Below are positions 57,485-64,000 of a DNA stretch of 64,000 nucleotides, piece after piece. The notes beneath the pieces are model-generated. The model ran no database searches. It was not told where the DNA came from and saw nothing but the letters and a program-made list of their open reading frames with translations. Position numbers and translations under genes: made by a program. Location of the stretch: the IMG/VR virus record IMGVR_UViG_3300015615_000196, positions 128,001-192,000 of that record. One strand, written 5' to 3'. The stretch is from a virus (lineage: Duplodnaviria > Caudoviricetes). Position 1 is the first letter of the stretch, and each line of letters starts with the position of its first letter.

Positions 57485-59086
57485 ATGAGCGAAGAGAGCA
57501 AAGATAATAAAGATGTTCTTGGATACTTAGGTCAATCGTTTCAGGAAAAGGTCTTGTGGCAACTACTGGTTCATCCAGAGTTTGCTGAAATGGCTATCCC
57601 AAGTCTGAGTACGACTTACTTCGATAATCAGCAGCATAAGTTCATTATGAGCATGATTAAGAAGTATTTCGAGCAGAACAATATTCCCGCAACACTCAGA
57701 AACAGATCAATCTACGAATTCATCAATGCAACCAACAAATCATTGGTTGACAAGGAAACTGCGTTCGGTGTTTTAAATCGTATGATGAATTACGATGTGA
57801 ACATTGCGAACGGAGTGATCCTTAATGATGGAGAAAGTGTGCAGAAGACCGTCTGGTTCTTCATCAAACAGCAGGAGTCAAAGATACTTGCCAACGACAT
57901 TTTTGATAAAATCAAAACCGGATCGTTGGAAGATAACGTTCATTTCTTTGAAGATAAATTCAAAGAGATTATGAAATTGGGCGAGAAGCATGACTTTGGT
58001 GAAGATGTATTCCACAACATCGAAGATGCTCTTAAAGAAGACTACCGTCAACCAATTCCCACTGGCATCAAAGCGATTGATGAAGCAATGGCAGGTGGTT
58101 TGGGTAAGGGTGAAATGGGTATTGCACTTATGGCATATGGCGTTGGTAAGACAACGTTCTTGACCAAGTGTGCAAATACCGCTTACAACATGGGTAAGAA
58201 CGTTCTTCAAATATTCTTTGAAGATAACGAAAGCGACATCAAGAGAAAGCATTATACATTGTGGTCAAAGATTCCGTTGTCGGAGTTGAAGGAAAAACGT
58301 GAGACTGCAATTGAGTTGGTGAAGAAGTTTTACGATGACCGTAAGGCGGGGAACGTGGGTGGTAGATTGATCTTGAAGAAGATGGATCAAGAGAACACAA
58401 CGATTCCGATGATCAAGAACTGGATTCTAAACTACGAGAAGTTGAACGGTATCAAGTTTGATTTGATTCTTCTTGACTATCTCGATTGCGTTGAACCACA
58501 TAAGCCAACACAGGGAGATCAGAACAAAGGCGAATTGATTGTAGTCAAAGCGTTTGAAGCATTGATTGCAGAACTCGATATTCCGGGATGGACAGCCGTA
58601 CAGGGTAACCGTAGTGCTGTACGTTCAGAATTCGTGCATGGTGATCAAATGGGTGGTAACATCAAGAGAGCGCAAAAAACACACTTCCTGTTTTCTGTAG
58701 CTAAATCACAGGAGCAGAAGCAGGATAATCTTGCAAACGTTCAAATCATCAAGTCGCGTATGACCAAAGACGGTCAAGTGTACGAGAATGCGATCTATAA
58801 TAACGATACGCTTGAAATCAGATGTATTGAAGGAATCCGTCCAAGCGAAACATCAAGTGCAAAAAAAGCAAATGCTCGTAAGGACAAACAGTTAGATGTT
58901 GCAGGAACATTATTTTCAAGTGCTGAGATTGTGCAAATGAGTGAGGACGAGATACGACAAAGAAAAGAGGCGTATATTAGAAAGCAACAACAAGAACAAG
59001 AGAAAAACAACGAAGTAAAAAACGATTCTTCTGATAATCAATCAGATAAAATTGTCGAAAATATTTCTGTTGAATTGAAAGAATAA
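57485..59086 (+). CDS. Replicative DNA helicase (DnaB/T4 gp41-like)
   Basis: IPTG, GGLGKGE, AYGVGKTT, FFED, LDYLD, WTAVQGNR. Confidence 0.92.
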   Translation: MSEESKDNKDVLGYLGQSFQEKVLWQLLVHPEFAEMAIPSLSTTYFDNQQHKFIMSMIKKYFEQNNIPATLRNRSIYEFINATNKSLVDKETAFGVLNRMMNYDVNIANGVILNDGESVQKTVWFFIKQQESKILANDIFDKIKTGSLEDNVHFFEDKFKEIMKLGEKHDFGEDVFHNIEDALKEDYRQPIPTGIKAIDEAMAGGLGKGEMGIALMAYGVGKTTFLTKCANTAYNMGKNVLQIFFEDNESDIKRKHYTLWSKIPLSELKEKRETAIELVKKFYDDRKAGNVGGRLILKKMDQENTTIPMIKNWILNYEKLNGIKFDLILLDYLDCVEPHKPTQGDQNKGELIVVKAFEALIAELDIPGWTAVQGNRSAVRSEFVHGDQMGGNIKRAQKTHFLFSVAKSQEQKQDNLANVQIIKSRMTKDGQVYENAIYNNDTLEIRCIEGIRPSETSSAKKANARKDKQLDVAGTLFSSAEIVQMSEDEIRQRKEAYIRKQQQEQEKNNEVKNDSSDNQSDKIVENISVELKE

Positions 59087-59181
59087 TGTAAGTTGCATCG
59101 CTATTTATGTTGACACTTCGCTACGTAGAATAGCACCAAAAAATTTATTTTATTTTATAAAAATTCATAAGAAATAATCGT

Positions 59182-61509
59182 ATGAGTAGCACCGTTTTCG
59201 TCATAAAAAGAAATGGCACAAGAGAAGAACTCAATTTTGACAAGATAAACAACGTTTTAATGTGGGCATGTGAAGGCATCAAGAATGTAAGTGCCTCCGA
59301 CATTGCGATGAACGCAAAACTTCAAATGGTAGATGGTGTAAAGACCATCGACATTCACAACATCCTGATTCAATCCGCATGTGATTTGATTTCAGAGGAC
59401 ACTCCGAACTATCAGTATGTTGCATCAAACCTTCTGAACTACTTGTTGAGAAAACAAGTGTTTGAAGCGAAAGACGCTCTCCCCTCTCTCTACGATGTAA
59501 TCAAGAAAAATGTAGAATGGGAAATTTACGATTCCCTTCTGCTTGAAAAATATTCAAAGGAAGAAATCAATCAAATCGACAAGTGGATAAAGCACAGTCG
59601 TGATTTCAACCTTACCTACGCTGGTATTCAGCAATTGGTGGACAAGTACCTGTTGAAAGATCGTTTCACTGGTAAGTTGTATGAGACCCCTCAATTCATG
59701 TATATGCTTATCGCCATGACTATTTTCATGGACTATAAGACCGATAGATTGAAGTGGGTGAAGAAGTTCTACGATCATATTTCTCTCTTTAAATTAAGCC
59801 TTCCTACGCCCATTATGGCAGGTGTACGCACACCAAATCGCCAGTGGTCTTCATGTACCCTGATTGATGTTGGTGATGATCTTGACTCTATATTTACGTC
59901 AAACAGTGCCATTGGGTATTACAGTGCGAAACGAGCAGGTATTGGGTTAAATTTTGGCCGTATTCGCGCTCTCGGAGATAAAATTCGTGGTGGGGAGGTT
60001 GTACACACGGGCGTAATCCCGTATTTGAAGATGTTTGAATCAACCGTGAAGTCCGTTACACAAAACGGAATTCGCGGGGGTTCAGCAACTGCGTACTTCC
60101 CTTGGTGGCATAAAGAAACGATGGACATTCTTGTGTTGAAGAACAACAAGGGTACGGATGATAACCGTGTTCGTAAATTAGACTACGCAATTCAGTTCAA
60201 TCGTTTATTCTATCAACGTGTAATTGAAGATGGTACAGTAACCCTCTTCTCACCCAATGACATTCCCAATCTTTATGAATCATTCTTTGAATCAAATGAA
60301 AAGTTCGAAGAGATTTACTTGAAGTACGAGAACAACAAGAATTTCAAGACCAAGAAAGTAAAGGCAAGAGAACTCTTCAATTCATTTTTACAGGAACGCA
60401 TTTCAACAGGTAGAATCTACTTGATGAATGTAGACCATGCAAACTCACACAGTTCATTCATCGACAAAATATACACATCGAATTTGTGCACGGAAGTAAC
60501 ACTCCCAACGACTCCGATGAAGCACATTGATGACGATGATTCAACTGCTGCTGAAATTGCTCTCTGTGTTCTTGCTGCTGTAAACTTGGGTGAGATCAAA
60601 GACATTGCAGAAATTGAAGAGATCATGGAGTCTGCTGTTCGTGCACTTGACTTTGTGATTGAACACCAAGACTATCCGGTGAAAGCAGCACTCAAGATGC
60701 TCAAGAGAAGATCATTGGGTATCGGTATCACCAACCTTGCATACTATCTTGCAAAGAATGATGTTGGATACGAAGACAAAGGTGCATTGAAGTTGGTAGA
60801 TCAAACAATGGAAGCTATTCAATTCTTTGGCATCAAAGCCAGTGTAAAACTTGCGAAAGAATTTGGCAAGTGTGAATGGTTCGACAAAACGAAATACTCA
60901 TTGGGTATTCTCCCAATTGACACATACAAAAAGGAAGTTGATGGTTTGACTAATCGTAAACACACATACGATTGGGAAGAACTTCGTGCAGAAGTTCAAG
61001 AGCATGGGATGCGTAATTCATGCATCACTGCTGAAATGCCATGTGAGTCATCTTCATTGGTAACAAATTCAACGAATGGTATGGAACCAGTTCGTGCATT
61101 GATCACCAGTAAGAAGTCAAAGCAGGGAATCATCAAAGTTGTAGTTCCAGATTTCAACAAACTCAAAAACAAATACACACTCGCCTTCGATATGAAGGAC
61201 AACAAGAGCATCACCAACATTCAGGCGGTAATGCAGAAGTGGATCGATCAGGCAATTTCTTCAAACCACTACTACGATTTCACGAAGTCGGATGATGGAG
61301 AAATTTCGTTGTCGGAGTTGGGTATGGACATTCTTTACGCCTACAAAATGGGTGCGAAGACCCTGTACTACGCAAATTCGAATGATGGGAAGTCAGATGA
61401 CCATGAAAAACAGCTAAAACGACTTGACATTAACGAACCAAAAGACGTATCTTTGGCTGTGGCTCAGACCGATGAAGCAGGATGCGAGTCGGGTGCATGT
61501 AGCGTGTAA
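59182..61509 (+). CDS. nrdA: Ribonucleotide reductase class Ia alpha subunit (with ATP cone)
   Basis: VIKRNG ATP cone, LPTPIMAG, SSC, SNLCTE, KTLYY, CESGAC. Confidence 0.97.
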   Translation: MSSTVFVIKRNGTREELNFDKINNVLMWACEGIKNVSASDIAMNAKLQMVDGVKTIDIHNILIQSACDLISEDTPNYQYVASNLLNYLLRKQVFEAKDALPSLYDVIKKNVEWEIYDSLLLEKYSKEEINQIDKWIKHSRDFNLTYAGIQQLVDKYLLKDRFTGKLYETPQFMYMLIAMTIFMDYKTDRLKWVKKFYDHISLFKLSLPTPIMAGVRTPNRQWSSCTLIDVGDDLDSIFTSNSAIGYYSAKRAGIGLNFGRIRALGDKIRGGEVVHTGVIPYLKMFESTVKSVTQNGIRGGSATAYFPWWHKETMDILVLKNNKGTDDNRVRKLDYAIQFNRLFYQRVIEDGTVTLFSPNDIPNLYESFFESNEKFEEIYLKYENNKNFKTKKVKARELFNSFLQERISTGRIYLMNVDHANSHSSFIDKIYTSNLCTEVTLPTTPMKHIDDDDSTAAEIALCVLAAVNLGEIKDIAEIEEIMESAVRALDFVIEHQDYPVKAALKMLKRRSLGIGITNLAYYLAKNDVGYEDKGALKLVDQTMEAIQFFGIKASVKLAKEFGKCEWFDKTKYSLGILPIDTYKKEVDGLTNRKHTYDWEELRAEVQEHGMRNSCITAEMPCESSSLVTNSTNGMEPVRALITSKKSKQGIIKVVVPDFNKLKNKYTLAFDMKDNKSITNIQAVMQKWIDQAISSNHYYDFTKSDDGEISLSELGMDILYAYKMGAKTLYYANSNDGKSDDHEKQLKRLDINEPKDVSLAVAQTDEAGCESGACSV

Positions 61510-61523
61510 CTAAAACTCAGGAA

Positions 61524-62609
61524 ATGAGCGAAAAATCAATTATCAACGTAAAGCAAGTTGACTTTACGAAGGAACCTATTTTCTTTGGAGAAAAATTGAA
61601 TCTCCAACGGTATGATCGTTTCAAATACGAGAATATCTTCGGCATGTTCAAAAAACAAATGGGATTCTTTTGGAGACCAGAAGAAATTGCATTGGGCGGG
61701 AAGGAACGTGGCGACTACAATTCGTTGACTGATCACCAGAAGTTCATCTTCACAAAAAATTTGGGCTACCAGATTTTATTGGACAGTGTTCAGAGCCGGG
61801 GTATCTCGAATCTGTTGGAAAATTGTTCAAATCCAGAAGTTGAGGCATTCGCCAAGATATGGGAATTCTATGAAACCCTGCACTCCTACTCCTACACATA
61901 TATTATAAAGAATGTGTACTCAAATCCGAGTGAGGTGTTTGATCAAATTCTGGTAGATGAAGAAATTATCAAGCGCACAACGTCCGTGACCAAGTACTAC
62001 GATGCGTTGATCAATTCCATTTCAAATGGGAACGCCACCGAATACAGCCAGAAGAAAGCATTGTACCTGACTTTGATGTCGATCAATATTCTTGAGGGCA
62101 TTCGATTCTATGTAAGTTTCGCTTGCTCGTTCTCATTTGCAGAAAACAAGAAAATGGAAGGTAATGCCAAAATTATTAGTTTCATCGCCCGTGACGAAAA
62201 CTTGCATTTGGGCTTTACTCAGTTCTTGATCAAATTACTCCGTACCGATCCATCGGAAGGCTTCACTCAAGTAGCGAAAGACTGTGAAAAAATCGTCTAC
62301 GGTATGTTTGAGGATGCTGCAAAAGAAGAGATCGAATGGGCAGAATATCTTTTCAAAGATGGCTCATTATTAGGACTTAACGCTGAAATCTTAACGCAAT
62401 ACATGAAGTGGTTGACCAACCAAAGAATGAAGGCAATAGGATTGAAGCCAATGTTCGACCAAGCAAACAATCCGATCAACTGGATGCGCAATTGGATTGA
62501 TTCTAAAGCAGTTCAGAATGCACCACAAGAAACGGAGATCGAATCGTATGTTGTTGGTTCAGTGAAAAACGACTTGGATAGTGCCGATTTCTCGGACTTC
62601 AAACTTTAA
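61524..62609 (+). CDS. nrdB: Ribonucleotide reductase class Ia beta subunit
   Basis: FFWRPEE, LDSVQ, ETLHSYSY, LEGIRFY, RDENLH, APQETE. Confidence 0.97.
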   Translation: MSEKSIINVKQVDFTKEPIFFGEKLNLQRYDRFKYENIFGMFKKQMGFFWRPEEIALGGKERGDYNSLTDHQKFIFTKNLGYQILLDSVQSRGISNLLENCSNPEVEAFAKIWEFYETLHSYSYTYIIKNVYSNPSEVFDQILVDEEIIKRTTSVTKYYDALINSISNGNATEYSQKKALYLTLMSINILEGIRFYVSFACSFSFAENKKMEGNAKIISFIARDENLHLGFTQFLIKLLRTDPSEGFTQVAKDCEKIVYGMFEDAAKEEIEWAEYLFKDGSLLGLNAEILTQYMKWLTNQRMKAIGLKPMFDQANNPINWMRNWIDSKAVQNAPQETEIESYVVGSVKNDLDSADFSDFKL

Positions 62610-62633
62610 GTGAAATTTTTTACTGTTTTTTAT

Positions 62634-62732
62634 AACCTTTTATAGAAAACTTCGTATTTATCTTTACCCTCAAAAAAAAGTTGAAAAATTTTTGATGGGG
62701 GCTTGACAAAGAGAAAAGTATTAGTACCTTTG
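62634..62732 (+). promoter_or_regulatory. Stacked promoters: ECF-like AACC-N15-CGTAT, late GTATTTAT, host TTG-N19-TACCTTTG
   Basis: AACC 62634-62637 with CGTAT 62653-62657; GTATTTAT 62654-62661; TTG 62703-62705 with TACCTTTG 62725-62732. Confidence 0.7.
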
Positions 62733-62739
62733 TCCTCCC

Positions 62740-63595
62740 GTCCCGATCAAAAGGGACAAACAAAACGTTCTTTAAAATCTTAAAAATATGGGCTGCTTGA
62801 AGTCCATAAGATAAATCCAGCAATGGATATAAAGGGGGTGTGGTAGTAACGCCATACTTTCGATCCCTGACCGCAAGGAAAGGGATACAGTCAAGCAAGC
62901 ACACCGTTTGGTGTTTCTTTGGATCAGTCGCAAGGCTGGTTCTCCTGTGTTGGAGGTAAACTCCATCATGGGTCTGAAAGGGCAACTGCCAGTAGGGAGA
63001 GACATTAAGCCTGACTACGGAAGTCAGGATAAATCCAGAAATGGAAGATCAGGAATGTGTAGATCAATCGGTCTGAACTCCGCAAGAGCGTAGGGCTGGT
63101 GTCATTTAGTGTTGGTCAGATGGTCAGAGTAAAATCCCCGTCCCGGTGCTAAACGTAAGCCGCAAGCCACAGAAGGTTGTTTGGTATTGGCTACTCAAAA
63201 GGTAGTTAGCCGAAGTCTCAGCCACATCCTTCAAAGTCCGTACACAATCACACATGGTCTTAGAAACCATTTGCCATTTAAGCAAACTTGTAACAAAAGA
63301 ACAAGTGCTGAGACGTTAGAGCAGAAAGTCGCATACCACTGATGCAACATACAGTGGTGGTTGATCCTCAAGATTGGCCATATGATACGACTTGTTGTTG
63401 GAAGGCATCTTCCTTAGCTTGCTATGAAAGGAGTAGGGCAGTGATGGGCGTAATTGAAAATGCTTTAACGAGAACGATTGGTCTCCGAAAGAGACTTGCG
63501 ATTGTAGCAGACGTTCCGCAAGGGGCGTGGATACGAAGCGAACCGAAAGGATAATGCTTCTAAGGTGCTACTGTTATGCTGTAATCTCAAGCATA
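62740..63595 (+). ncRNA. Large structured ncRNA, GOLLD-like
   Basis: ~800-850 nt without a credible ORF; many GCAA/GAAA-capped hairpins; long-range GTCTCAGC/GCTGAGAC pair; 3' hairpin ATGCT-GTAATCTCA-AGCAT; adjacent tRNA-like genes. Confidence 0.7.
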
Positions 63596-63734
63596 TTTCG
63601 AACATAAATCACGGGAGTGATTATGATTCGAAAACAAAAAATCAGTACATCGATTTATCGGTGTATCTCTGGACAGAAATCATGAGAATGATGTATGCCC
63701 GGAACAAATCCTCGGTTTGAAACCGGGGTAAACT

Positions 63735-63806
63735 GGATTTGTAGCTTAATTATTAGAGCGGTTCCCGTTGAGGGAATAGATAGGGGTGTGAATCCCTTCG
63801 AGTCCA
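63735..63806 (+). tRNA. Degenerate tRNA-like element (nominal anticodon UUG, Gln)
   Basis: Acceptor GGATTTG/CGAGTCC, D GCTT/GAGC, anticodon GTTCC/GGAAT with loop CGTTGAG, T AGGGG/CCCTT with loop TGTGAAT (non-canonical). Confidence 0.65.
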
Positions 63807-63811
63807 CACAA

Positions 63812-63881
63812 GATTTTGTCGTCCAAACTACAGGACACCACCCTACAGGTGGAAATTTGGGAGTGTACCCCTTCAAAGTCT
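63812..63881 (+). tRNA. Highly degenerate tRNA-like element
   Basis: Acceptor GATTTTG/CAAAGTC, D GTCC/GGAC, anticodon CCACC/GGTGG with a 5-nt loop CTACA, weak T arm. Confidence 0.45.
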
Positions 63882-64000
63882 CACAACTGGCTATTAACTG
63901 AGTTACTTCAACTTTGTTCTATAAACAAAACAACCACTTGGTTTGCTTTCCAGTTTCGTTCTTTAAAGTATGTTTTGGTCAAGCCTCTTCCCCTTGTGGG

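Noticed and set aside
59182-62609. Introns or inteins in nrdA/nrdB
   Set aside because: Both ORFs are continuous and of normal length, with no intein motifs seen
63836-63852. CTA in the loop of the second tRNA-like element as an amber suppressor or sign of stop-codon recoding
   Set aside because: The loop geometry is non-canonical, genes are full length in the standard code, and TAG serves as a normal stop (e.g. 33874-33876)
62620-63901. Short ORFs overlapping the giant RNA and tRNA-like elements
   Set aside because: No recognisable protein features; better explained as chance ORFs in structured RNA

Overview
A 64 kb piece of a large, T4-like (contractile-tail) bacteriophage genome. The host is very likely Bacteroidota, judged by TAnnTTTG promoters, A-rich translation starts without Shine-Dalgarno sites and Bacteroidota-style lipoproteins. 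It carries the end of the major capsid gene; neck, tail sheath, tube, tape-measure and baseplate genes; a gp55-like late sigma factor; T4-type replication genes (SSB, UvsX, RNase H, helicase, nrdAB, thyX); two glycosyltransferase/methyltransferase clusters; and several nucleotide-handling enzymes. The most striking signals are non-coding. (1) A duplicated, covarying riboswitch-like leader resembling the c-di-GMP-I fold lies upstream of the phoH...late-sigma operon and of a baseplate operon. (2) A ~800 nt GOLLD-like RNA is preceded by three stacked promoter classes and followed by two degenerate tRNA-like elements. (3) An unexplained ~300 nt structured, possibly switchable element follows the tape-measure gene. 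Also visible are a TATTTAT late-promoter regulon, an ECF-like AACC-N15-CGTAT promoter class, a -1 slippery site in the tail-chaperone gene and a shared N-terminal capsid-targeting-like motif. All family calls come from motif recognition by eye; no database searches or folding programs were run.
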